DNA of 36,277 nucleotides from Candidatus Parcubacteria bacterium (lineage in GTDB: Bacteria > Patescibacteriota > Patescibacteriia > CAIXNZ01): NCBI GenBank assembly GCA_026395675.1, contig JAPLYF010000049.1, forward strand, positions 1 through 36,277, given 5' to 3'. Position 1 is the first letter of the stretch. The number at the start of each line of letters is the position of its first letter. The position numbers and the translations under genes were made by a program. Below the pieces are notes generated by a model that had not been told where the DNA came from, did not search any database, and saw nothing but the letters and a program-made list of their open reading frames with translations. Shown here in pieces: positions 7,070-16,285 of this stretch.

Positions 7070-9979
7070 ATGAAAAAAGTAATGGTTGTAATCGCGGCTT
7101 TAACCCTGGTCTGCCTTTTGTCTACCCAGGCTTTGGCGCACCAGATTTACATCAAGAAAAATCCAACCAATGAAAGTGGCATTGAATTTGGCGTGGATAA
7201 TGCCAGCGGTTTTGTGCGCTGGCGCGCCATTGCCAAAGGATTAACCAATAACAGTCGGGGCCAAAATACTGGCTGGACAGATACGGGCAATGGCTGGTGG
7301 TATTATGATGTGTCTTCAATTACCCAAAGAGTAATGTGGCGACTGGATGGAATTGCCAACCAGAATTTTGTCATCACCTACTGGGTTTTTAAAAGTGATG
7401 GCACATGGGAATATGGTCCGCAAGTCCAGGTTACTTCTGATCAGATTCTGCCCACTGCCAGCTTTACAAACATTTACAATGGCCAGACCTTCAGCCAAGC
7501 GCAGTTTAATATTTCTGTTTCCTCAAGTGACAATTTGAGCGGCGTTGATTCTATCAGAATCTATGCCGTGGTTCCTAGCGGTAACAGCTTGAGCGGTTGG
7601 ATACCTTCTGGCATTGCCAATCAGTTTTACAAAGAATTTGCCGGCACATCCGTCAGCTATAATTTTTCAGCCCCGGCTGAAGGCAATTATACTTTCACAC
7701 TTTGGGTTAAAGACAAAGCAAGCAATATTGCCTATGAACCAGGCGGCCCAATAACAGTTATTGTTGATTTGCCTGCGCCTATTCCGCCACCACCAGCTCC
7801 ACCCAATGCGCCCAGCAATTTAAATCTGACAATCTCAGGGCAAAATATTATTGCTTCTTGGCAAGATAATTCTAGCGACGAAGACGGCTTTAACCTTTAC
7901 CGCAATGGCAGTTTATTGAAAACTCTGGCAGCGAATTCAACTTCGTTTGTTGACACTGGTTTGCAATATAACCAGAGCTATTGTTACAGCATTTCTGCCT
8001 ACAAAGGCAGCTTAAGCAGTTCTGCGATAGAAAGCTGCGCTACAATACCAGCTCCGCCTGCTCCGGATTATCATTATGCTGACAGCTTTACCTACCCCAT
8101 GTCCTGCGACAAAATCTACAGGATTGAGACCGATGCGCAAATCCCGGTCGGTGCCTGCTTTGACTATCAGCCCTTTTGCTCTCTTTTTTCCTACAGTGAT
8201 GAATGTCATCAGGGCAGCGATTTGAATCTTAAAGGAGTCAATGATTTGGGTGCGCCGGTATATGCCATTGCTAATGCCTTGGTTTGGGACTATGGCTGGA
8301 CTAGTGGCTGGGGAAATTACTTGATCTTAAGAATCCAGGCCTCTGCTGGTAAAAGTTTTAATTTATCGGACGGAACAATCGTTACTGAAATTTTCGTCCT
8401 TTATGGCCACCTTAATGAAATCAAAATCATTAAGGATAATGGTGTGATAATTGAAAAAGCCAATATTGTTAAGCAAGGCACATATGTGGCCAAAGGCTGG
8501 CAAATTGGCACTGTCGGCGACGGCAATGGCAATTTTAGCCCGCATTTGCATTTTGAAATTCGGATCAATGGCTATAGCCAGCTTGGCAATGGTTATTGGC
8601 CGGTATCAGATTTGAATTACCTAAAATATTTCGTGGACCCGATTGAGTTCATTGAAAATAATTGGCTGCCAGCCAATCGAACGCTTCAGATTATGGTGCA
8701 TGGCTATGATCGCCAATCCAGCCGTAAAGTTTTTCTGGATCTTGATCCTGCTTTGTGGCAGCGCCAGGGCAGGCAAACTGATGGTTTGCCTTTGGCAGCT
8801 GTTGGCTTGGCCAACCATATTTGGCTGACAAGTTCAGCAAAAAATACTGCTGCTTCCTGGAATTTTCATGTGCCTCAAAGCGGCGCTTATTCATTATTTC
8901 TGATTATGCCACGCTATTATGGCACGGCCAATAATGTGCTTTATACTGTCTGGCACAGCAGCCAAAAGGTTGCCAGCCCCTATGAAGTGCGTTTGAGCCA
9001 GACCAATAATAATGAGAACAAGAAAATCTATCTGGGCACCTTTGACTACTATCAGGGCTCGCACTACTCAGTTGATGTTGGTAGTTTGACCTCTGATAAT
9101 CCAGCCAAGAATGTAGCGCTTGATAGCCTGATTTTGATCTACGAAGGCGATTTGGGAACAGGCGGCGGTCCAGTTATTCCGCCAGCAGATCCGCCACCGG
9201 ACAATGAAATTAAAACTGTTAATTCAGCCGGTTCCTTAACCTTCAAATACATTGGCGCATATTCAAAGCCAGAATTACACTGCAGCGGAGGAGGCCTGAC
9301 CTGGGGAGATGCGATTTTATCAGGCGGGCTGACAGAAACGACTGTCAGTGTTATTCAATCAGAACAGGTCATCTGCAATATCTTGTTTGAAGACGGAACA
9401 TGGCTGGCTGATTCTCAAGGCCTAAAAATCGGGGAACAGCTTTTGGCTAATGACCAGCTGATTAATGCCACGCTGGATAATGGGCTAGGCGGCAGCAATC
9501 TGGTTTTTAACTTGATTGTTGACGGTCAGATTAAAACCATTAATTCCAGCGGCACCATTAACTTCACTTACGCCGGCACTTATTCCACTCCCGAATTGCA
9601 TTGCAGCGGCGGTGGTCTGGCCTGGGAAAATATAATTTTAACAGGCGGCGCCAAGCAAAATACCGCTACAGTCACTCAGTCAGGTCAAGTCATCTGCAAC
9701 ATCAAGTTTGAAGATGGAAACTGGCTGGCTGACTATTTCGGGCTCATGGCTAATCAGACGCTGTTAGTTGAAAATCAGGAAATTACAACCCTGCAGGATA
9801 ATGGCCTGGGCGGAAAAAACTTGGTTTTTAATCTGCAGCTAAATTCTGCTGCGCCGCCTGTTGGCTGCAGCCTGGATTCTAGCCAAGCAGTCTTTACCTG
9901 GGCAACCTGCCTAAATCTGCTCTTTCTTTTCTCTCCTCTCTTTTTCCTTTTGGCGCGCAAGGTAAGAAAATTTACCTAA
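7070..9979 (+). CDS. Large secreted multidomain protein with an M23 (LytM-type) metallopeptidase domain, an FN3-like domain, a 107-aa tandem repeat and a C-terminal hydrophobic anchor
   Basis: Signal peptide MKKVMVVIAALTLVCLLSTQALA. M23 motifs HQGSD (HxxxD) and PHLHFE (HxH). FN3-like segment PSNLNLTISGQNIIASWQDNSSDEDGFNLYRNG. C-terminal TM segment followed by RKVRK. Confidence 0.8.
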   Translation: MKKVMVVIAALTLVCLLSTQALAHQIYIKKNPTNESGIEFGVDNASGFVRWRAIAKGLTNNSRGQNTGWTDTGNGWWYYDVSSITQRVMWRLDGIANQNFVITYWVFKSDGTWEYGPQVQVTSDQILPTASFTNIYNGQTFSQAQFNISVSSSDNLSGVDSIRIYAVVPSGNSLSGWIPSGIANQFYKEFAGTSVSYNFSAPAEGNYTFTLWVKDKASNIAYEPGGPITVIVDLPAPIPPPPAPPNAPSNLNLTISGQNIIASWQDNSSDEDGFNLYRNGSLLKTLAANSTSFVDTGLQYNQSYCYSISAYKGSLSSSAIESCATIPAPPAPDYHYADSFTYPMSCDKIYRIETDAQIPVGACFDYQPFCSLFSYSDECHQGSDLNLKGVNDLGAPVYAIANALVWDYGWTSGWGNYLILRIQASAGKSFNLSDGTIVTEIFVLYGHLNEIKIIKDNGVIIEKANIVKQGTYVAKGWQIGTVGDGNGNFSPHLHFEIRINGYSQLGNGYWPVSDLNYLKYFVDPIEFIENNWLPANRTLQIMVHGYDRQSSRKVFLDLDPALWQRQGRQTDGLPLAAVGLANHIWLTSSAKNTAASWNFHVPQSGAYSLFLIMPRYYGTANNVLYTVWHSSQKVASPYEVRLSQTNNNENKKIYLGTFDYYQGSHYSVDVGSLTSDNPAKNVALDSLILIYEGDLGTGGGPVIPPADPPPDNEIKTVNSAGSLTFKYIGAYSKPELHCSGGGLTWGDAILSGGLTETTVSVIQSEQVICNILFEDGTWLADSQGLKIGEQLLANDQLINATLDNGLGGSNLVFNLIVDGQIKTINSSGTINFTYAGTYSTPELHCSGGGLAWENIILTGGAKQNTATVTQSGQVICNIKFEDGNWLADYFGLMANQTLLVENQEITTLQDNGLGGKNLVFNLQLNSAAPPVGCSLDSSQAVFTWATCLNLLFLFSPLFFLLARKVRKFT
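9209..9850 (+). repeat. Two tandem 321-nt (107-aa) coding repeats inside the M23 protein
   Basis: IKTVNSAGSLTFKYIGAYSKPELHCSGGGLTW...NLVFNL compared with IKTINSSGTINFTYAGTYSTPELHCSGGGLAW...NLVFNL. Confidence 0.85.
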
Positions 9980-10192
9980 GCGCAATTGCCCCGGATCTGA
10001 AATGATTCGGGGCATTTTTTCCACAGATTATACAAAAAACCATCTATATAATTAAAACAGGATTTTGTGCCTAAATTTAGCTCTAAGCCAAGATATTAGT
10101 TAGTAAGTATTAACAGTTTTTCAACTTTAATAATAATTGACTTATTCTATATCTCTGTTAAAATTAAATTATTAAATAATAAATTAAACTCT

Positions 10193-10972
10193 ATGAAAAT
10201 TTTAAAAATTTCAACATTAATTGTTCTTTTTGCGTTAATCTTGGCCGGCTGTAACGTCAAATTAAATCTCAATTCCAATCTTAACCAAAGCCAGATAAAA
10301 ATTGAACCTAATGCGAACACAAATCAGGGGAATTTGAATGCAAATACGAATCAAAACGCCAATGCCAACCAAAATGCTAATGAGAATGCCAATCAGAATA
10401 TCAACGCAGCACCACAAGCAAAGGCAGAATATGAAATTTCAGCTAGTCCAGAAAAACTGGTGACTGAGATAAAAATTGGCGAGGTTACTTTAAAAGATTT
10501 CAAGGAATTGTGCGGCAATGATGTTATGGTTTATGCTGAACCAAAAAATGGTTTTATTATTTTTCAGGCCTTTAATCCTGGTTCTGATAAGCCAGTCTCA
10601 AGTTTATATTCCTTAGATTTAAATTCAAAGGGCTGCAAGAAACTATCAATCTCCAAAGAACTTTCTGATTTTGGCGCTAGAGTTTTATCGCCAGACCAGA
10701 CCAAATTGGCTTTGGCTTTGGAAACAAATGAAGCCCAAGAATTGAAACTTGTGGACTTAATTAAGGATACGTCAAAGGTTTTAGTCACTTTGCCAGAAGG
10801 GGAGACCTTAAATGGCGGTTATGGCGCTTTATCAAATCATTTTGATCTCAAATGGCTGGATGATAAGACGATTCAATATGCGGTTTATGAAGACACGGTT
10901 AAAAATTATGCTGCCAATGCGCCGGAAAATATTGAAAAAGTTTTACAAGTGAGAGTATTAAAAGTTGAATAA
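10193..10972 (+). CDS. Lipoprotein, function unknown, with an Asn/Gln-rich low-complexity linker
   Basis: Lipobox LILAGC after a hydrophobic N-terminus, followed by a NANTNQNANANQNANENANQN tract. Confidence 0.7.
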   Translation: MKILKISTLIVLFALILAGCNVKLNLNSNLNQSQIKIEPNANTNQGNLNANTNQNANANQNANENANQNINAAPQAKAEYEISASPEKLVTEIKIGEVTLKDFKELCGNDVMVYAEPKNGFIIFQAFNPGSDKPVSSLYSLDLNSKGCKKLSISKELSDFGARVLSPDQTKLALALETNEAQELKLVDLIKDTSKVLVTLPEGETLNGGYGALSNHFDLKWLDDKTIQYAVYEDTVKNYAANAPENIEKVLQVRVLKVE

Positions 10973-10990
10973 ATATAAATTAAATATTCG

Positions 10991-11019
10991 GCCGCCGCCC
11001 CGCGCCGCGGGGCGGCGGC
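10991..11019. repeat. Almost pure-GC palindrome (gccgccgccccgcg c cgcggggcggcggc); possible terminator for the lipoprotein gene
   Basis: 14-nt arms read directly. The T-tract is weak (tattaatttt). Confidence 0.6.
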
Positions 11020-11110
11020 TATTAATTTTGAGTATGGTCTTGACAAAAAATAATTTTTATGCTAAAATTTATTATTAACCTTAACACTTCTTTGAAATCA
11101 GGAGGAAATC

Positions 11111-11386
11111 ATGAAAGTTTCTAAAAATGCTTTAGCTGATAAGCTAGTGTATATGACAAGCTTTGTCATCCCTTTGATTTTCCTGCCGCAAATCTATGTT
11201 TTGGTCCAAAGCAAAACTACGGCAGGTATATCTCTTCTAATGCTGATTTTTTCAGCTCTGGTTCAGGCAATCTACTTATTTAAAGCAATTGTCAGCCATC
11301 AGCGAGCTCTAACTGTTTCAGTGCTATCCAGTCTTATCCCGCTTAATGGCGTAATAATACTGGTTATTTACTATCGTTATTTCTAA
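11111..11386 (+). CDS. SemiSWEET / PQ-loop family small transporter
   Basis: 91 aa with three predicted TM helices and the PQ motif in TM1 (LIFLPQIYVLVQSKTTAGIS). AGGAGG RBS upstream. Confidence 0.65.
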   Translation: MKVSKNALADKLVYMTSFVIPLIFLPQIYVLVQSKTTAGISLLMLIFSALVQAIYLFKAIVSHQRALTVSVLSSLIPLNGVIILVIYYRYF

Positions 11387-11570
11387 AAGCCCTTTGTTGG
11401 GCTTTTTTGTTTAGGCAAATATTGCATTCCGTGGCGGCTTTCCCCATAAAAAAATCTCAATCAATGACTGGGATTTTGGTTTTATAGGATTGACGTAAAA
11501 ATAAATTCGTGCTAAGATTGGCTATTGTTTGAATGCATAAATTATGCTATAATTTTAATAATTATTTTTT

Positions 11571-12137
11571 ATGGAAAAAGTCGATTATAATATTGAATAC
11601 GCTCACATTTATGCTGATGAGGTTTTTCAGCAGGAACATATTGACAGCCTGAATGTTTTGGAATTAATTTTGCGCATTTTAAAAAATGACAACAAAAGCT
11701 ACAATTTGAATATTTTAATTGACGAATACCATCCGGAAACAAAAAGTCTAGATATTGATGATTTTTTAAGTAAATTGAAATTCCGTGGCTACACGCCTGA
11801 TCATTTATATTTAGAGTCAGAATTGCATAAAGATGTGAATTTACTCCTGGAGAATTTAACTAATGAAAAATGCTTGCGAGATTACGAGCGTTATTTTCAA
11901 AGAACTGGCAAATCGCCATGCTCATTTTTAGTCGCCAATTGGTATTTAAAAAGATTGGGTGTTTTACCTGTTGGCAATCTCAAAAAATTATCTAATGAAG
12001 AAAAACCCTTTTTGGGCAATAAAATAATAAATATTTTGGATAGAAAATATAAGCCCAATGAAGACAAAGCTTTAGAGCTGATAAAAAATAGCAAATTTGA
12101 GCACCTCTTAGATAATATAATTTATTATTATTACTAA
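11571..12137 (+). CDS. Hypothetical protein
   Basis: 188-aa ORF with an extended -10 (tgctataat) upstream and a hairpin terminator downstream. No recognisable motif. Confidence 0.55.
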   Translation: MEKVDYNIEYAHIYADEVFQQEHIDSLNVLELILRILKNDNKSYNLNILIDEYHPETKSLDIDDFLSKLKFRGYTPDHLYLESELHKDVNLLLENLTNEKCLRDYERYFQRTGKSPCSFLVANWYLKRLGVLPVGNLKKLSNEEKPFLGNKIINILDRKYKPNEDKALELIKNSKFEHLLDNIIYYYY

Positions 12138-12188
12138 ATAAAAAGAAAAAAGGCCCGTCTTATGAAAAGGCGGGTCTTTTAAATTTTG

Positions 12189-13127
12189 TTATTTTTTGCA
12201 GGCGCAATTTAAGCCAGTAAAAATTGTTGGGTCTTGAGTCTGGCGATAATGCTCAATTGCCACCAATATTTCATGATCGCATTCGCCGCAATTATGAGGC
12301 TTGGCAATCGGCGGCGGATCGTCGTCAAATGAGCCAATGCGCACCGGGCCAAGATGTGCTGTCCTTTGAATTACTTCAATGATGCTCCAGAGTGTTGGCG
12401 GTTGGAATTCACCGCTCTGGTAAAGTTCATGAAGCAATGTCCCTTCCTGGACAAAGGCGCAGGACAGAGAAACTTCATCCACGCCAACCTGGAAGCAATA
12501 TTCAATGCTTTTGACAGCATCTTCAATTGCTTCTTTTTCATTGAGGCAATGGGGCTTAAGAAAAACATAGGCAAAGGTCTGAAAGCCGAAGACCTTACAA
12601 AGCTTGACCGCATTTTCAAATGTTGCTTTGGTTAAACCCTTATGTAGGCATTCATTTCTGACTTTGTCATCAGCTGATTCCAGGCCTAAAGCGATTTCTA
12701 GCTCTTTGTTGCCAATGGCATTTTTGTAAAGTTGGAGCTTTGCTTCAGTCACGAATTCTGCCCGGCTTTCCACCATTATTTTTTTAATGGTCGGATGTCG
12801 GCGCACGAAGTTTAGAATGGCCAGCTGAGTTTTTAGCGGAATTTCTTTGTCGCTCAAGAAACTGCCGCCGTTGTAGATGACCATGATTTCAGGTCTGGCT
12901 TTGCGAATCAGGAATCTTGCCCACAGGAAAATTAGCATGAAAACAAAGTGCGGATAGAGCTTGCCGCCAAAAGTGTACTTGTAAGTGGACTGGTTAAAGC
13001 CGCACATGGTGCAGCCGCCAGTTTTTTTATACCACTCGCAGCCAGCGCCCGGCAGTTCCAGCACCCAGCGGTCAACTAATTTTTGCCAAAATGGCTCAAA
13101 GACCTTATCAATGAACGAAAAATCCAT
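12189..13127 (-). CDS. Radical SAM-like Fe-S protein with a Cx8CxxC cluster motif (COG1244/TIGR01210, RaSEA-like)
   Basis: GCEWYKKTGGCTMCGF near the N-terminus, a TIM-barrel-like core and a C-terminal Cys cluster (HNCGECDH...CAC). GGAGG RBS on the - strand. Confidence 0.5.
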   Translation of the reverse strand: MDFSFIDKVFEPFWQKLVDRWVLELPGAGCEWYKKTGGCTMCGFNQSTYKYTFGGKLYPHFVFMLIFLWARFLIRKARPEIMVIYNGGSFLSDKEIPLKTQLAILNFVRRHPTIKKIMVESRAEFVTEAKLQLYKNAIGNKELEIALGLESADDKVRNECLHKGLTKATFENAVKLCKVFGFQTFAYVFLKPHCLNEKEAIEDAVKSIEYCFQVGVDEVSLSCAFVQEGTLLHELYQSGEFQPPTLWSIIEVIQRTAHLGPVRIGSFDDDPPPIAKPHNCGECDHEILVAIEHYRQTQDPTIFTGLNCACKK

Positions 13128-13292
13128 TTGAGGACCTCCTTGTTATTGGATTTAATGATTAATTTAGAATAGCGCTAAAGGAGCTGAAAGTCAAGGGTTG
13201 AGCAGATTGATTAAAATTACACATGCTTGCATTTATTTTTTTAAAATGATATTTTAAAATAAATATTTTGAACATTCTAATAAGGAGGAAAA

Positions 13293-13739
13293 ATGAAAAA
13301 AAAGTTGATTCTGTATATTGTTTGTTTTTCACTGGCTTTGCTGGCAGGTGAGCAAAATGTTCCGAGTAATGAGCTCGAAGAACAAATTTTGTCATACAAA
13401 TCAGTAGGCATAGTTATCTCAAAGGAAGAATATTGTCAGGATTATCTGGCATATGCTTCTCAAAGAGAATATTTTCATTGCGGTTTAGCTTCAGAACCGG
13501 ATGATTGCCATGCCTATGTGATAAGGATGCTAAAATTATGTTTAAAAGTGCAAGGATTGAAGCCAAGCGATGAAAATGTAAAAGGAGTCCTGGCAAAGTT
13601 CCTTAATGAAGACCTCTTCTGTGAATTTTTGCAAAAGAAAATTAAAGAGGTCAACTCTGAATCTGATAACGATGCTATTAACCTTTTAAAATCGCAATTT
13701 GAGATTGCAATGAAAAAAAAGGTTAATTGCGCAAAATAA
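13293..13739 (+). CDS. Secreted hypothetical protein, Cys-containing
   Basis: Signal-like N-terminus MKKKLILYIVCFSLALLAG, AAGGAGG RBS, and a terminator at 13748. Confidence 0.6.
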   Translation: MKKKLILYIVCFSLALLAGEQNVPSNELEEQILSYKSVGIVISKEEYCQDYLAYASQREYFHCGLASEPDDCHAYVIRMLKLCLKVQGLKPSDENVKGVLAKFLNEDLFCEFLQKKIKEVNSESDNDAINLLKSQFEIAMKKKVNCAK

Positions 13740-13747
13740 ATAAATTT

Positions 13748-13774
13748 ACCCTGATAATTTCAGGGTATTTTTTT
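13748..13774 (+). terminator. Intrinsic terminator (accctga/tcagggt plus T-tract)
   Basis: Read directly. Confidence 0.7.
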
Positions 13775-13783
13775 ATACAACTA

Positions 13784-13812
13784 TTGACTAGGCCAAAAAT
13801 TTATGCTATTAT
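13784..13812 (+). promoter_or_regulatory. Putative promoter (TTGACT-17 nt-TATTAT)
   Basis: Hexamers and spacing read directly, upstream of the 13853 gene. Confidence 0.45.
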
Positions 13813-13852
13813 GACTTATTAAAATTTGCACCTTGAAAGGAGGTGAAAACAA

Positions 13853-14647
13853 GTGAAAAAGAAGCAGATGCTAAAGAAAAATTTGGCAAAGCATTCTAAA
13901 TCGCAGAATTTTTCTTCTGCTACCAATTCCAGACAAATACAGAAAACCCTGCGTAAAACAAGAGTCAAGCATTTGTGGGCTATTGTTATAGGCATACTTA
14001 CAATCGGCATTATTGCCGCAATTATTATGATTTCAAATAAGCAGGCGAACAAAGCAAGAGCCTATACTAAATTGCCACTGGAAGGCCAGGCCGCAGTTAA
14101 TAGATTCATGCAATTGCTTGCCATACTGCCTGATGATAATGCGCGCAATAACCTTCTGGAGCTGATAAACCATAAGGGTCTGAAAGTATCTCTCTATCGG
14201 AGTGGTGCAATGCAATTTGACGCCAAGAGAGGCAAAATAGATTTTAATCCAGTGATATTTTCTAAACCCGATGGTTATACCTGGGCATACCTAGTGCATG
14301 AAAACAGGCATATCGAGGATTGGCTTGGTAAGCATGAATCTGGCAAGATGTATGCCCCTTGCGAATTGGAACGCTACGCTTCGTATGAATGCAAGATAGA
14401 ATACTGGGCTGCTGAATACCGCGCTTCTTTGCAGCAGGCAATTTTTCTTAAGCAACATAATTTGGTATGGACGATGCCAGCGGGGCCATTTGTAAACAAC
14501 CGCTTAATTTTTGAGAAATATAGCAGCCAAATGGCCGCCCTCATTTTTGTAAAGGAAAATTACTACGCAGATAAATCGTATTCTCCCGATCTGCTGGCAG
14601 TTTTTCCTGAATTCTATAATAAAAAGCTGGCTGAAATAAGCCAGTGA
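13853..14647 (+). CDS. Membrane-anchored protein with an HExxH motif (putative zinc metalloprotease)
   Basis: GTG start after AAGGAGGTG. One N-terminal TM helix (HLWAIVIGILTIGIIAAIIMI). Motif LVHENRHIEDW. Confidence 0.5.
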   Translation: MKKKQMLKKNLAKHSKSQNFSSATNSRQIQKTLRKTRVKHLWAIVIGILTIGIIAAIIMISNKQANKARAYTKLPLEGQAAVNRFMQLLAILPDDNARNNLLELINHKGLKVSLYRSGAMQFDAKRGKIDFNPVIFSKPDGYTWAYLVHENRHIEDWLGKHESGKMYAPCELERYASYECKIEYWAAEYRASLQQAIFLKQHNLVWTMPAGPFVNNRLIFEKYSSQMAALIFVKENYYADKSYSPDLLAVFPEFYNKKLAEISQ

Positions 14648-14870
14648 AAATTTAAAAGCACTGATTGCAAAATTAGTGCTTTTTTATCCCCAGAAAAATT
14701 ATGGCCTTGTTATAAAATTATAACACTTTTTAAATTAGATGATTTATCCTATAATTATTCAAAATTTTGAGTTAATAAAAGTTTTCATCTAAGGACTTTT
14801 AACGGAAATTTATAATAAAAACGTTTTACATTTAATAGGTTAGAGTTATGATAATGTTATAGCATGTCCA

Positions 14871-14899
14871 TTGACATTTGACAGTAGTTTTGCTAAGTT
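14871..14899 (+). promoter_or_regulatory. Putative promoter (TTGACA-17 nt-TAAGTT) for the rSAM-peptide operon
   Basis: Hexamers and spacing read directly. Confidence 0.4.
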
Positions 14900-14936
14900 A
14901 AAGTATTAAATTGGACATTGAAAAGAAAGGAGAAAG

Positions 14937-16103
14937 ATGATGCAATCTTTTGTCTGCTCGAAATTTTTAGGCAAGTATTTAATTGCCAGCCGTTTTGATA
15001 AAAGAGGGCTAGTAATTAGTCAGAATATCTTTTCGCAGTTATTATTGCTGGCTCAAAATAATTCTTACATTACCGAATCAGTCATTGAATTATTTGGTAA
15101 GTTAGGATTTGAAGTCACTAAAACGCAAAAGATAAATGACATAGTCCTGGTAAAACAACCATGGCCATATAGTTTTGGCCGAGCTTCTTATGAGATTACT
15201 GAAAAATGTAATTATCGCTGTCAACATTGTTATTTAGGTAATAAATCCGCAGGAAAAAAATTGACTCTGTCTGACAAAAAGAAAATTATTGAATTGGTCC
15301 ATAAATCCGGCTGTTTGTGGCTGCAATTGACAGGTGGCGAGCCGTTTCTGGATAAAGATTTTATTGAGATTTATTCCTTAGCTCATTCTCTCGGGTTATT
15401 GGTCACAATCTCAAGCAATGGTTCTCTTCTTTCTCCAGAAATTAAAGAAGTATTAAAAAATTACCCACCTTACCGTTTGACTATTAGTATGTATGGTGCA
15501 AGTAATACCTCGTATGAGGCATTAACGCAAATAACCGGCTCTTATCATGATTTTACCTCTGCTTTAAAATGGCTTGAGAATCAAAGGATAAGAGTTAGAT
15601 TAAACATTATACAGACAAAGTATAATGCTCATGAAATCGAGGAAATGAAAAAGATAGCCAGAGAATTTGGGTTTGAGCATATTATCTATTCTTCGCTCAT
15701 TCCAACTCTTGATGGCAAAGATTCTCCATTATCAATCAGCTGCCAAGATGAAGATTGTAATGAAAAGAAAGAGTCCAGTGTAAATTATATACCTTGTCAG
15801 GCTGGTATAAATTCTTTTCATATTGATTCTTCAGGGCAAGTAAGCATTTGTAAAATGGCCAGACAATTAAATTGTGATTTATCTTTAGATCATGATATAA
15901 TTGTCGAAAGATTAAAAATTTTTTCCAGCCAGCTACTTGAGTCCCCATCAATATGTAGCGATTGTCAGCATCGAAAATCCTGTTCTATTTGTCCGCCTGT
16001 ATTCAGGTTGTACTCTCAATGCGGAAATATATCCGCAGCCTGTAAAATCCGGCAAAAAAAAGAAAGGAGGTCAGATCATGAAGCCAAAAAACTTATCATT
16101 TGA
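14937..16103 (+). CDS. Radical SAM enzyme with a C-terminal SPASM domain (peptide-modifying maturase type)
   Basis: Canonical CNYRCQHCY (CxxxCxxC) and GGEPF. SPASM pattern CQAG-x-GQVSIC (Cx12Gx4C), then CSDCQHRKSCSIC. About 80 aa N-terminal extension ahead of the core. Confidence 0.85.
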   Translation: MMQSFVCSKFLGKYLIASRFDKRGLVISQNIFSQLLLLAQNNSYITESVIELFGKLGFEVTKTQKINDIVLVKQPWPYSFGRASYEITEKCNYRCQHCYLGNKSAGKKLTLSDKKKIIELVHKSGCLWLQLTGGEPFLDKDFIEIYSLAHSLGLLVTISSNGSLLSPEIKEVLKNYPPYRLTISMYGASNTSYEALTQITGSYHDFTSALKWLENQRIRVRLNIIQTKYNAHEIEEMKKIAREFGFEHIIYSSLIPTLDGKDSPLSISCQDEDCNEKKESSVNYIPCQAGINSFHIDSSGQVSICKMARQLNCDLSLDHDIIVERLKIFSSQLLESPSICSDCQHRKSCSICPPVFRLYSQCGNISAACKIRQKKERRSDHEAKKLII

Positions 16104-16188
16104 TCCGAATGAAGTTGAGTTGGTTAATCTTGATGATATGGAAGCCATGTGCGCTTGTTCATCAGGAGATGATCAACCCCAAAATTAA
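16078..16188 (+). CDS. 36-aa candidate RiPP precursor peptide, not listed in the ORF track as a separate gene: MKPKNLSFDPNEVELVNLDDMEAMCACSSGDDQPQN
   Basis: ATG lies 7 nt after AGGAGG. The start is 26 nt inside the rSAM 3' end in another frame. Acidic leader-like N-terminus and a Cys-containing C-terminus. A terminator follows directly. Confidence 0.6.
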   Translation: MKPKNLSFDPNEVELVNLDDMEAMCACSSGDDQPQN

Positions 16189-16215
16189 AAAACTGGCAGC
16201 AGGAGAATAAAATAT

Positions 16216-16251
16216 TCTGGCTATTGTCTGTTTGATAATAGCCAGATTTTT
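16216..16251 (+). terminator. Intrinsic terminator (tctggctatt/aatagccaga, 10-bp stem, T-tract) closing the rSAM-peptide unit
   Basis: Read directly. Confidence 0.75.
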
Positions 16252-16285
16252 ATTATAATAAGATTAAGGAGTTTAATAATAATCT

